A DNA stretch of 61,211 bases, counting the filler, from Globobulimina sp. (Eukaryota), in assembly GCA_003354225.1 (NCBI GenBank). It is 17 parts of 17 records of this genome, joined end to end, with 100 filler letters (N's around TTAATTAATTAA, not from the genome) between each part and the next. Parts side by side here need not be neighbours in the genome. Positions count along the whole stretch, not along the records: positions 10,829 to 14,337 come from PIVH01002631.1; positions 14,438 to 17,944 come from PIVH01002632.1; positions 18,045 to 21,551 come from PIVH01002633.1; positions 21,652 to 25,158 come from PIVH01002634.1; 13 more parts are not named here. One strand, given 5' to 3'. Within the stretch, counting starts at the first letter, position 1. The number at the start of each line of letters is the position of its first letter. Both the position numbers and the translations under genes were made by a program. Below, piece after piece: positions 11,036 to 22,433 of the stretch. The notes under the pieces are model-generated. The model was not told the origin of the DNA. It was given only the letters and a program-made list of their open reading frames with translations, and did not search any database.

Positions 11036-12655
11036 TTAGTGACATAAACTACAAACACCATTCAAAAACGAATGAACACCTCTTGGGTCAACACAATTAA
11101 TTGTTGTTTGTGGGTAATACTTTGATATTTGCATAAAGAAATTATGGCAATCTTCACACATTCTCATTGAAACTGAAATTGTAATGTCTTGATCATGTCC
11201 AATATCATTATCATTATTACTATGCAATAAAATGGCTAATGCTTTTTTTTCAGAGTGAGATTTTAAATGTCTTTGCCTTGATATATCATCTGGTAATTCT
11301 AAAGCCGATGATCCATCAAACACAAAATCTATTTCTTTCATTAAATATTCGACCAACACAATCGATTTAAACTCATCAAACTTATATCCATTCTCCATTA
11401 TAAATTCATTTCCATTTAAATGAAAACAGGAAATAACGTTTGTTTTTATTGATGATTTATTATTTAATATGTTCCATATTTCTTTCTTCATTTCGTAATC
11501 ATTGCATTTTGAACATATTCTATAAAATCCGATTAAATCCGCAACGTTTAACATTTCTAAATCAATATATCTCCGAATAATTCCATCCAAAATCCGTTGT
11601 TTCAGCACTTCGAATCTATTCTCATTCGATGCCAATACGTTTATTGCGATTATGTCATTTTGCTCATTTCCTTTGATTGAATTATAAAATGTGTACATTT
11701 CATCCAATTTATTGAGATTACCATACGACGATAGCACCTGTCTGAAACACAACGAATTTTCTTCTTTTTTTAATTCATTCAACATTTGTTCATTTTGATT
11801 CAAATCATTCAACAATTTATTACATAAAACAATGGATTGTTTGTGATTTTGTTTATGTTTTGCAAGCACAAAAATAGCCAAACAATAACAATAAATTTCC
11901 GTTTTTATATTCAATTTATTCACCAATAAATTCCAAACATTGCATAAGAATGAATTTGATATTTTATTTCCAGAATGCGAGCAACAAACAATTAGAGATT
12001 GAATGGACCGAGAATCAAATAGTTGTTTTATTGCATTCTCATTCTTATTATGTTTATTTATAACATCATTGTAAATATATTCACCATATTGCGGCGAACC
12101 ACTTTTTATGAAACCTTCCAATAACGAGCTAACAATATATTTTGTCAATTTTATGCCATGTAATGTTAAATTATTATATGCATTCAACAAATCTGTGCTA
12201 TCTCCATACATTCGATGACAATTTATAATAATACAATGTTCCTTTGATGTTAATTCATATCCATTGCTTTGTAGTTCATGCAAATCATTTATCAGATTGT
12301 AAACAAATAATTGATTATTTTTATTCGCATCTCCCTCTCTTATAATTAATGATAATATCAATGAGTATGATGTCAGTGAAGCAATTACGTTCTTTTCTAT
12401 CACCAACTTATTCCATACATGGATAGCCATTACGGCCGCATTATTCTCGGCTGCCTTCTTGCATCTTCTTAATAATGTATTTAATGTGTCGGTGTTGTAT
12501 TGTTGCTCGTTTCCATTGTTTATTTGTTGTGTTATTTCTAGCAAAACATCAGGTATCTTGCCATTAAATTTAATAAGGTTTGTATATGCGTGATAATGAG
12601 TGGTGTATATACATATGTTTCGCATGCACTGTTTCAAGGGCGATTTGACGAGCAT
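11036..12655 (-). CDS. Degenerate PPR-like helical repeat protein with C-terminal DYW-type cytidine deaminase domain
   Basis: FVFDGSSALELPDDISRQRHLKSHSEKKALA...MRMCEDCHNFFMQISK...DPRGVHSFLNGVCSLCH aligns by eye with the DYW consensus (GYVPDT..L.....KE..L..HSEKLA...LRVCxDCH..xKxIS...D..RFHHF..G.CSC). PPR-like units include LTSYSLILSLI and IVSSLLEGFIKSG. The first ATG is at 12655 and the N-terminus is basic with no acidic residues. Confidence 0.9.
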   Translation of the reverse strand: MLVKSPLKQCMRNICIYTTHYHAYTNLIKFNGKIPDVLLEITQQINNGNEQQYNTDTLNTLLRRCKKAAENNAAVMAIHVWNKLVIEKNVIASLTSYSLILSLIIREGDANKNNQLFVYNLINDLHELQSNGYELTSKEHCIIINCHRMYGDSTDLLNAYNNLTLHGIKLTKYIVSSLLEGFIKSGSPQYGEYIYNDVINKHNKNENAIKQLFDSRSIQSLIVCCSHSGNKISNSFLCNVWNLLVNKLNIKTEIYCYCLAIFVLAKHKQNHKQSIVLCNKLLNDLNQNEQMLNELKKEENSLCFRQVLSSYGNLNKLDEMYTFYNSIKGNEQNDIIAINVLASNENRFEVLKQRILDGIIRRYIDLEMLNVADLIGFYRICSKCNDYEMKKEIWNILNNKSSIKTNVISCFHLNGNEFIMENGYKFDEFKSIVLVEYLMKEIDFVFDGSSALELPDDISRQRHLKSHSEKKALAILLHSNNDNDIGHDQDITISVSMRMCEDCHNFFMQISKYYPQTTINCVDPRGVHSFLNGVCSLCH

Positions 12656-12738
12656 TCTGACACAGGTTTTTTGGAAGTTCAAAGGATTGAATCATCGAAA
12701 ACGCTTTTAATTAATATTATAACATACATAGTCAAAAC

Positions 12739-14316
12739 TCAATCATTTGTGTACATGATTTCTGTTTCATTGACAGTTTGATTATAACCATCATTATCTG
12801 TGATTTGCTTAGCTCCATAGCTGAAATATTTAAACCAAATTACAATTATAATAACCACAGCAATCACAAATAAGACAATAAATATAATTGCAATGATCAT
12901 CCACGTATCATCATCCTCTTTATCTTCCTCATCATCACTTGTATCCCTATATCCTGCCACATATTCATCACAAACTGCACTATCTGCACAAATGGCATTC
13001 ATTCCATAAACATATATTATCACATCCTCATATCCTTTGGGTACAACATAATATTCCGAATACACAATGCGCAGTGTCTGAATAAACTCCAATTTGCAGG
13101 ATGCGCAGTGTCTGAATAAATAACATCCAAATAATCCGCATCATACTCTGCCTGAAATAAACCATACCACATTTTCTGTCCCTCATTCCCCACCGCACTG
13201 CAATCATATCCATATTCAATGTTAATGTTTGGAACAATCTCTCTTTTGATCATATTACAAAATGACATATTATACTCTGTAGGTCGACCATCATAAATTA
13301 AATGAAAAAATCCAGAAATAATGATATTACCCATGTACTCATCACGCGATTCAACCACAATTCGATCAATATCCGACATAGAATCCATTGTAATGGGTCT
13401 TTCTGAAAATAAAAATGAATCGTCAGATGGTCCAATTTTATCCATACAATTATCATCATCATCATTCTCTGACTTATCTCTGCAAAATACCATGTTTCCA
13501 GTCGCCACAAATCTGTCATCATCAAAAGCGTCTGTTATTTGCTCAAAATTTGAGAATAATGGAATGTAATCTATTTGTTGATATTGCCAAAAAAATATAT
13601 CCCCAGCACAAATTTCGCCGCATGGCAAATGCAAACTGCCTTTATCTCTGAACGTGGAATTTAAAGTACTTTCGATGGTACTCAATGAAACATGGGATGG
13701 TTCGTCCATTAATGGCACATAGAATCCACTTAATATGCTTTCAAACTGCGTCATATTATCCAAACATCCTTGAATGATGCTTTCGTCGTATCTTCAGGAT
13801 AATTACATTGAGCAATCTTATCATTGTCAAACCACTGTGCTCCTTCAATAAGACTGCAATCACAGAGCGCACTATTATTAGTATCTAGATCTTGAGCATA
13901 AATACATGGTGCCATCATACATGCGGCCCAATTTGAAATGGGACATTCTATCCATTCATCCACAGGAAATGCTCGGGAACAGAATGATTGCCATGAATAT
14001 GTTGACACGATTTCAACTAATTCGTCATTTACATAATATTTATTGTTTAAGATGGCATCACAAATTGGTGCTTGGTCAATGTGGCATGGCGATGCCAAGG
14101 TGCAATTTTGTGAGTTTGTTGTTTGACAGTTTGATTGGTGATGGCTGCTGTGACAATTTGATATTTACTGTCATATATTTTGCACTCACAGGTTGCGTTG
14201 AGATCACAGGTTTCAAATATGCATAAAGCATGAATTCCAAGACACTCAACAATTGTCTGAGGATCAGCGGTGAGGAAATCAACCATAAACAGTGCTAATA
14301 AAGTTAATACTTTCAC
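12739..14316 (-). pseudogene. Cysteine-rich type I membrane protein broken into four frames
   Basis: Signal peptide MKVLTLLALF, Cys-rich ectodomain (ALC...CEC, IVSTYSW, WAACMMAPC...CDC) and a C-terminal TM helix. Frame changes occur near 14100, 13760 and 13070-13120. Confidence 0.6.
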
Positions 14317-14437
14317 ATTAGGGTTTTTGCTTTTAGTNNNNNNNNNNNNNNNNNNNNNNNNNNNNNNNNNNNNNNNNNNNNTTAATTAATTAANNNNNNN
14401 NNNNNNNNNNNNNNNNNNNNNNNNNNNNNNNNNNNNN

Positions 14438-17400
14438 ATCGGAATGTCTCAAACGATGGGCGTAGTTATACCAATCATTAATGGTGTCATTTCTTGTATG
14501 ATGCATTAGCAATCCGTCTGGGACTAAGTTGTGTTGATTTATGCAGTAATTCAATGTGATTTCATTATTATGTATTCGATAAACAGTATTTAGGAACCGA
14601 TGGGATTGGGAGAGGATGGATTTATAGAGGGTATTTTTTGCATGAGATATATCAATATTTACGTGTTTGTACGTGAATTTGAGGTTATCTTCATCAAAGC
14701 AATTGGCACCGCATATTATTGACCATAAAGTGTCACGGTTTGTGCGGACATCGGTGCAAAATTCAATTAGTCGTTGCATGAATATTTGGTTATGGAATGT
14801 GTTTATTTTGGAGCCAATTTTGGCCAAGACTGCCTTGGCATGATTCCAATAAATATGGCGGAGGGTATCTAGGACTGGGCAATGTATACAGAGGTGGACC
14901 TCAATGGGAGTGGGGACATCATTGCCACATAGGAGGCAGTGGTTATGTTTTTGGTTAAAGAAATAAAATAATTCTCGGTATTGGACAATCATTTGTTTAT
15001 TTACAAAATCTGCCAGGTCCTCTACCTCGTATGTGTTCATCGCTTTGTAATCCGGGAGATGGTGTTTGAGCACTCTCAAGGGATGATATTGGTGTAGTGA
15101 GTTGACTATTTGTCGGTGTTGGCGTTTTACAATGATTGGACGTAATTCGGAGGGCCCTAGAACGTCATCAAAGATATCTATGTTTGTGGGGATATTATTG
15201 ACCATTCTGGTTTCATTGGGCAACCACTCTTGTTTTAAAGCAGTATATTGTTTAAAGAGGGTGTAATTGGTGATGTTTGGGAGGGAATTCCATATATGCA
15301 TATATGATATGGGTTTGTTTTTATTTAATTTCCAATAAAAGGCAAGTTTCAGAACAATCCATCTCTCAGAGGGGGACGGAATGCCTGCAAAAATTGAGAA
15401 TTGTTTGAAAATGAAATTTTCAATTTTGGTTTGTTTGCGAATCACTTCAATTTGCTTTTCTAAAGCGGCTACAAGGTTTATGGCGGTGCAGTCTAAAACT
15501 TGGGCAAATATTTCTGTGTAAACCAGATAGAAAGTTTTTAGAATGCGTATTTTGTCCCTTAGTGAGATAAAACTGTGGTTGAAGTCTAATTGCGACAACA
15601 GTCTGGCTTTCTGATCTAATTTGTTTAGGAATACTTTATTGGTGCACTTTGTGGAGACTAAATTGGTGTTATCGTGGGAACAAAGGTGAGCGCCCAGGTA
15701 GCGCAGGAAGGTGACTATTTGGAGGGGGTTGTTGTTCATTTGACAAGAAAAGTGCATTTTGGAGAGTGACCAGCTGTCATCGCGGATCATGTTGTCCCAT
15801 ATTATGTGGAATGGTTTGCCTGAGGTGTCATTTTGGTAGTACTCACAATGTGCTTTAAAGGAGGCTAAGATATCTGGGGGTATTTCACTGAATTGGTAGA
15901 AGCATATAGAACCATCAATGTCGACTGCGGTTATTCGTTTATTGGTGGGGTGTTGGATTAGCACCATTGGCGCTTCTTTGTCGTTGGGATTTTGCAATTT
16001 ATTATGATATTCATTGGTGATGAGTTGTTTTTGCGCGGCACTGTGATGGTGGGTATTATTGGTGAGTATCGATGGGTCATTATATATCATGGCTTTGCAT
16101 TTATTGGCATTGAAGGTGTAGGCCGATGTTGCTCGCAGATTTTTAGGAGGGCCGCGAGGTGTTCTATGGTATTGGCAGTTAGTACAACATCGTCTGCATA
16201 GAAGATGCAGGAAATAAGTGTGTGTATATCGGGGGAGGTGGCCCCTTTTTGAGATGCCTGTAATTCAGATATCATATCATTTATGAATGCTGCAAAGAGA
16301 ATGGGGCTAAGCACAGAGCCTTGCAGCACACCATTATGCAATTCGAAAATATTTGTGATGAACGGGATGTCGCGGATGGCGGAATGTGAGTTGTTGTACA
16401 CTGCTTTTATTATTTTGCATATATTAATGGGGATTTGGAAGTTTTTATGTAGTTTGTAGAGTAAGCCTTTGCGCCAAACGGTGTCAAATGCTTTGCGTAT
16501 ATCCAACGAGGCGCAGTATAATGGTTTATTTTGCAATTTGGCAGTTTCAGCAACAAGGTGCAGTGTTCCAATCTGCTCAGGAACCCCGCGTTTGGCTCTA
16601 TTGCCTCACTGTAGTATGTGTAAGTTTCGCCTGAAATCATGTTTTATATTCATACGCCACAGGACGAGGCGTTCATATGCTTTGAATATTAGGGGCAGTA
16701 ACGTGATGGGGCGGTATTGATTTGGTGTGTCACCATCTGGTGTTTTAAGTATGGATATAACAGATCCCAGACGGCAGTAATACGGGATGACGTAGGTGCA
16801 ATTCCATGTGTTATACATTACGCAAAGTAATTGGCGGACGACATCGCCATTCAGTTTAAGGTGCTGTGATTTTATTCCATCGAAACCTGGGGCGGAACTG
16901 CCGTTGGCGTGTTGTAGGGCCATCTCAACAGAGGAATATTTTACGTAAGGATCCTCGGCTTGGTCTGCATTGGTTTCGTTGTCGGTGTCTGTTTGTTGGC
17001 CTTCTCCTGAAGGGTTGGGCGAGCGCATAGTAACACAAACATTATCGATATCATGGGCATGTATCTGGTCATGTTCTATCTGAAACATCTCATTCATATC
17101 GGTTTCGTGTTTGTTTATGAAGCTTGGATCATAATGCGGCACATTTTCAATAATATCATTGTGCTGCCAATCCTCTCTGGCATTTGTGAACGATTCAAGT
17201 GGTGGGGGAGTGTCGTTTGTGTCCTCTTTGGCAGGTTTGGAAGGAATGAAGATGATGGGATCATGGATGAATGCATTGAGGTTTATATGGAACTGATTGA
17301 TTGGTGTGATGGAATGGTTGGAAATGGGATCAAGGATTGGTCCATTTATATTGGCAAAATGTTCAGATAATGCGCTATTTTTTGGAACGAGGCCGCCTTT

Positions 17401-17944
17401 GTACCGCAGGAAGGGCTCATCCTCTATATAATCTAGGCTGCGATTCATTGCTTTGTAACGTTTCAATTTTTGGCAATGGTCTAAGTTTCCAAAATTGATC
17501 GTGTTTCGACGTAAATTTGCGATCTTTTCTTGTCGATATGTGCATTGAGCCTCGGTTAGGATTTGTGCGCCTATATCAAAATCAGGATTTGTGTTATTCA
17601 GGATATTCTGTTTTATATTTAGATTGATTCTGGAGATGGAGGAGTCTGACCATTTGCTGGCAGACTCGAAATCGGAGACACCATATGCTTTTATAGTGGC
17701 TAAATGGATGGAATACATTACACACAGTGAGACGATGTGGGATATAAAGCTTCTGTCATTGGGACTAGTGTAATATTCGATTCCTGCAGCAAACTTCTGA
17801 ATGTGTGGCAGTTTGGCTGCCAATATTTTGCGGTGCAGTTCTTTTAATTTGTCATTTGGATCATAGGGTCTTAAAACAAAGTGCTGATCTGCATATGAAA
17901 CGTTGCAAGTTGTGTCCTTCAGAGCAAAGATAACCGGTCTGTGA
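14438..17944 (-). mobile_element. Non-LTR (LINE-like) retrotransposon ORF2 with RT, disrupted
   Basis: SAPGFDGI, YRPITLL, LDIRKAFDTV, GVLQGSVLSPILF, YADD, YLG and a C-terminal CLLC...HLCIHC motif. In-frame TGA at 16606-16608 and a frameshift near 16125. Confidence 0.93.
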
Positions 17945-18343
17945 NNNNNNNNNNNNNNNNNNNNNNNNNNNNNNNNNNNNNNNNNNNNTTAATTAATTAA
18001 NNNNNNNNNNNNNNNNNNNNNNNNNNNNNNNNNNNNNNNNNNNNAATTAATAAAATAAACGGCACAAAGAATATAAAAAAAAAATATAAATCACAATTTA
18101 AACAAATTCAAAAAAAAACACACAAAGACAATTAACAACGCAAAATGGAACAAAAAAATTAGAACAATAAGGCGATATAAGCTTATTAAAAAAAAAAATT
18201 GTGATAAAAAAAAACAAAAAAAAGTGCATACAAACTACAGAGTGTTAATTAAAAAAAAAGGAAGACGAAAAATATAAAAAAATGCACTGTGTAATATTTA
18301 TGTTTATAGAAAAGATAGAGAGTGATCATAGAGAGCATTTATA

Positions 18344-19898
18344 TCAATCTTCATCTTCGTCCAATCCCTTCACACTCAATTCTTCCTTTTCGTCATTCTC
18401 CTCCGCGATCTCATTATTTTTGCTATTATTCGTGTTTGCATTGTTACTCGTCACAATTTGCGTGGATCCCGATGAAAACTTGCCATTTGGTTTGGGATTC
18501 CTCTTAATTTCAAATAACTGCGGTTTCAACGCCACACAGACGAGACTGGCGTCATCGTACGACCCCTCACCAAAACACGCCTTGGCCCTTTGTATGGTAT
18601 GTTTGAGTACAGTCTTGCACACATTTTCTAATTTATTTTGATATTTAGTCATAACGCCGTTCACATAATCACTGAAATCGTCCCATTTCCAACAGTCCCA
18701 CACCCCGTCACTGCCCACAGTGATAATATATTCGTTGTTGTTGTTGCACGGCAACTCGTTCACAGTCACCGAGGGCCGGTTAGTTAGACCAAATTGATGC
18801 GCATAAAAATCGCCTAATGAGCGCGTCATGGCAATGCACGTGATATCATGCGAGACGCCATAGGGAGACACGGCGTACACTGCGGGGTCGTACCGCACAT
18901 TGGTGGGTCTCAAATGGTTCCCCCACGGATTCTTGACATATTTCGGATCCTTGGTACCGTCCTGCAAAAAGACGATGGGACACTCAAATTTCCTGCAGGT
19001 GTTCGCCTGGTCGTAGACAAACAACAATTTGGTGGGATATTTATCCGTCGCTAAGTATTTAATTCGTAAATATTCATCTGCGTTATCGGGGCTATGATCC
19101 TATGTAAAAGTGTGCGAAAATGCGTATATAAACGTATAAAATGTGTATAATGCACGTACCACTGATAAATGTTTACATTTGTTATTGTCCTGTGGTAAAC
19201 GCGAAGGTTTGCGCGCAAGCAACAAAGCATCAGAGTCGCCAGTGTTGGAGCAGATTATTCGCCATTTGGAGCTCGTGCGTATAATGCACACAATGGTGCA
19301 GGTGGTGCCACCATGGACGGGGAAACCGGACGATTTGCGCACCACATTGTCGTCATTGATGTTGTTGGTTGGCAATTTGCTATGTTTTCTGCGTATTAAT
19401 TCCAACTGAATGTGTTTAATATCAATGCACGTGTTTTAAAATCAATATATTTATGCATTTTTAAGAATTGTTTTGATGAGTATTCATATGGAGGCATACC
19501 TGGACAAATTCATCCCGCACTTGGCAGTGTAAATGGTCATAAAATAACTCCATTTTGTCAGTCCATTGCTTGTTAGTCCAAAGTTTGCATTTCTGCCAAT
19601 GTTTAGAGAAATATTGCATGGTTAATTTAGAGACAATTTGTGAGGCCACTTGGCCGTTTAAGCCGCCATGTCCATCGAACACAGCAGCCACTAAAAATGT
19701 TAAATCGGGCGATTCAAACGTACAGTAACTGTCTTCTTGATATTGTTTGGCTCCCTGGTCTTTGCAGCCGGTGATGATTTGTGATATATCTATTTGTGAA
19801 CTCAAGTTATTCATGTTTTTATTCATCATCATGTTATTGTCGTTATCGAAGATTTTGTTAGATGGATGACCATTTTTTGATGGTTCATACATGGCCAT
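18344..19898 (-). CDS. Protein phosphatase 2C (PPM family); introns 19406-19499 and 19100-19159
   Basis: YQEDS, VFDGHGG, GTT, NTGDS, DHSP, MTRSLGD, GSDGVWD and YDDAS motifs appear in order after splicing. Confidence 0.93.
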
Positions 19899-20041
19899 AA
19901 TAATTTGTTGTGGTTGTTAATTAGTACAGCTTTACTCTCATTCGTTGGAATGTTTTGATTGCCTTTATTCCTTTATTTATAAAAAGATTTTGCAAAAAAA
20001 AACTTTCTTTTTAAAAAAAAGTGTTGCTGTGACGTTGCATA

Positions 20042-20708
20042 ATGTCGACCAGTGCAAGATGGCATGAACGAAAACGTAGATTATTAGGACAGGATACAAA
20101 TGAGACAAATCGAATGTGTCAAAAGTGTCTATCAAACAATCATTTCACGTTTGAATGTAAGCAGTTAGTGTCTAAATATAAGAAAAAAGAATCAGCAACG
20201 CAAAAACTAAAAAGATTGAGGTATGTGATTGGTTTTGTATGCACCGCGCAAGGATAAATTAACAGATTAATGGTAATATTTAAGCAAAAAATCAAAAAAA
20301 GAACTTAGAAACGAATTAAAAGCAACACCTAATTTACCGCCCGATGAGTTAATAAAAAGGCAAGAAATTGAGAAATTGCAGGATAAATTGAAACATTTGA
20401 AGGATGTTAAAAATAAGAAAAGAGTAAAAAACAAACATAAAAAGAAAAAGAAAACGAGAAAAAAAACAGATAGTGATAGTGATTCAAGTTCGTCTTCATC
20501 GGATTCATCGAGTGATTCAAGCAGTGATTCTGAATCATCGTCATCTGATTCTGATTCGTCTTCATCTTCATCTTCATCTTATGATTCAGAGACAAGTTCA
20601 ACATCTTCGAATTCATCATCCTCAGAATCAGAATATAGAAATAATAGCAAGAAAAGAAGGAAAACATTTAAAAATACGTTATCTCCAAAACGACAAAGAA
20701 TGGAATAA
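20042..20708 (+). CDS. ZCCHC10-like zinc-knuckle protein with K-rich and S/D-rich tail; intron 20221-20284
   Basis: CQKCLSNNHFTFECK knuckle. Splicing joins the two ORFs in frame. Poly-Ser/Asp tail. Confidence 0.75.
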
Positions 20709-20784
20709 CTTGACGAAAATGTATTGTTTAAACGTAATTTCACAGTCTTTTGTCACCACAATCTCAAACATGCAAAAATAATTA

Positions 20785-21198
20785 TTAATTTACAGTAATT
20801 GTCATCCAATCCTCTTTGAAAAAAGCACCTTCCACATCTCGTTTCAACTCAACATTGAAGGTTTCCGCAATAAACGCATTTTGAACATGCACATCAAATG
20901 CTTTATGAATCCATTTCTTTTCAAAGGCCGTATCTTTGATAATCACTCTTTTAAATGACTGTGGCAACCGATATTCAGTCAATACAGACAATAAAGACAA
21001 CGGCGAAAATAAATAGGATGACGAATATATTAATATTTCCTTCAAATAAGGGAATAATTTGAATATTAAGCCTCGAAATAAATTAGTTGCATCCTTTGGC
21101 ATTCCCAAATGCTCTCTATTCTGTACACAATGCATTATCAAACCACTAAATAAACGGTTGTCGACTTCATCCATATTGTCCAAATTCAAACTAATCAT
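20785..21198 (-). CDS. Hypothetical protein, C-terminal fragment
   Basis: 137-aa open frame with protein-like composition whose 5' end abuts the PKS-like fragment. Confidence 0.5.
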   Translation of the reverse strand: MISLNLDNMDEVDNRLFSGLIMHCVQNREHLGMPKDATNLFRGLIFKLFPYLKEILIYSSSYLFSPLSLLSVLTEYRLPQSFKRVIIKDTAFEKKWIHKAFDVHVQNAFIAETFNVELKRDVEGAFFKEDWMTITVN

Positions 21199-21551
21199 TG
21201 TTTTTTGTCTTGTAAATGAATAAAAATTCTGCTTTGAATACTGGTTCAGTTTCGAGTAGTTGTTTTCCAGCCCAACCTATTCTGCCATGGTCACCGAACA
21301 CAAATGCTAATGTATCATTTACTGGTAAATTGGTTGTATCATCAACATGTGCATTTTGAAGTTTGGATACTATTTCATTGGCTGTTTTACCAACACAAGC
21401 GATTCTGAATTTCAAATGCTCCGAACAATAATTGATCTGCTTTACAATATCTGACCAGTGAATAGAACTTGTTGCAATAAATTTGACCATCTGATTCTTT
21501 CGCTCGTCCAGAGCTTTTTTGTTGTGAGCTGACAAAAAAAAAATCTTATGC
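21191..21551 (-). pseudogene. Type I PKS/FAS KS-AT linker and start of acyltransferase domain (fragment)
   Basis: FLSAHNKKAL...DIVKQIN...FRIACVG...LAFVFGDHG..GWAGKQLLETEPVF matches the LSAxxxxAL...HRA...AFVFxGQG...GxxL...PVF pattern, then stops abruptly. Confidence 0.7.
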
Positions 21552-21823
21552 NNNNNNNNNNNNNNNNNNNNNNNNNNNNNNNNNNNNNNNNNNNNTTAAT
21601 TAATTAANNNNNNNNNNNNNNNNNNNNNNNNNNNNNNNNNNNNNNNNNNNNATGATATTAAATTTTCTTTTTGTTATTTTCTTTTTGTTATTTTCTTTTT
21701 GTGGGGGTATTAATCAACAGTTATAATTTAAATATAGATGGGAGCCCATTTCTTTTCTGCTTGTTTGGTTATTAATGATGTTCCTTGATCTCAAAAACTT
21801 ATTGTCTCAACATTTTAAAAAAC

Positions 21824-22381
21824 TTACTGGAAAGTTCCAGGACAATTCAACTGATGCTCAAACAATACGTCTTTTTTTATTTTCTTATCACAAAATAGAC
21901 ATTCTCTGTAAATCACTCTATTTGCATTTGAATTTGAGGAGTCATTGTCGAAGTTCGCAGTTTGATGATCTGATTTATTTTCCGATTCGACACATTTCTT
22001 CACTTTTCTTGGTGCCTTAAATCCATTTCTATGTCTCTTCAGCTTGTTATGTAATGGACTCCTTTTATTCTCAACGTTCTGTCTCCTTCCATTTATTACC
22101 ACTTTTTTTGGTGGCTTGAATTTTTTCGGTCTAAATTTGCTGGATGCTTTCTGCTTTAATTTCACTTTATATTTATGTTCTTTTTTAACTTTCTTCATGT
22201 TTCTCCTGTAATTTGTAGGTTTTGTACCAACATATTCTGATTTATACATCTTATGATTCTTATCCGAATTCAAACGAACTGATCCATTACGTGCACACAT
22301 CCAATTTGCTTCATCAAAATCCTCATCATCTGAGTCTGACATGAATTCAAACAGATCTGTCATTTTTATTTTTTTAGACAT
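21824..22381 (-). CDS. Basic hypothetical protein with C-terminal UBZ-like zinc finger
   Basis: K-rich 185-aa ORF ending in CLFCDKKIKKDVLFEHQLNC. Confidence 0.6.
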   Translation of the reverse strand: MSKKIKMTDLFEFMSDSDDEDFDEANWMCARNGSVRLNSDKNHKMYKSEYVGTKPTNYRRNMKKVKKEHKYKVKLKQKASSKFRPKKFKPPKKVVINGRRQNVENKRSPLHNKLKRHRNGFKAPRKVKKCVESENKSDHQTANFDNDSSNSNANRVIYRECLFCDKKIKKDVLFEHQLNCPGTFQ

Positions 22382-22433
22382 GCACTGAGTCCATGTTGCT
22401 TCGAGTTTTTGTCAATATCTTCAGTTTGAAATC

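Noticed and set aside
16606-16608. Alternative genetic code or programmed TGA readthrough
   Set aside because: The same element also has a frameshift, and many intact genes in the window end in TGA and use TGG for Trp.
20407-20781. Alternative-frame ORFs over the Ser/Asp tract
   Set aside because: These are low-complexity shadow frames of the zinc-knuckle gene.
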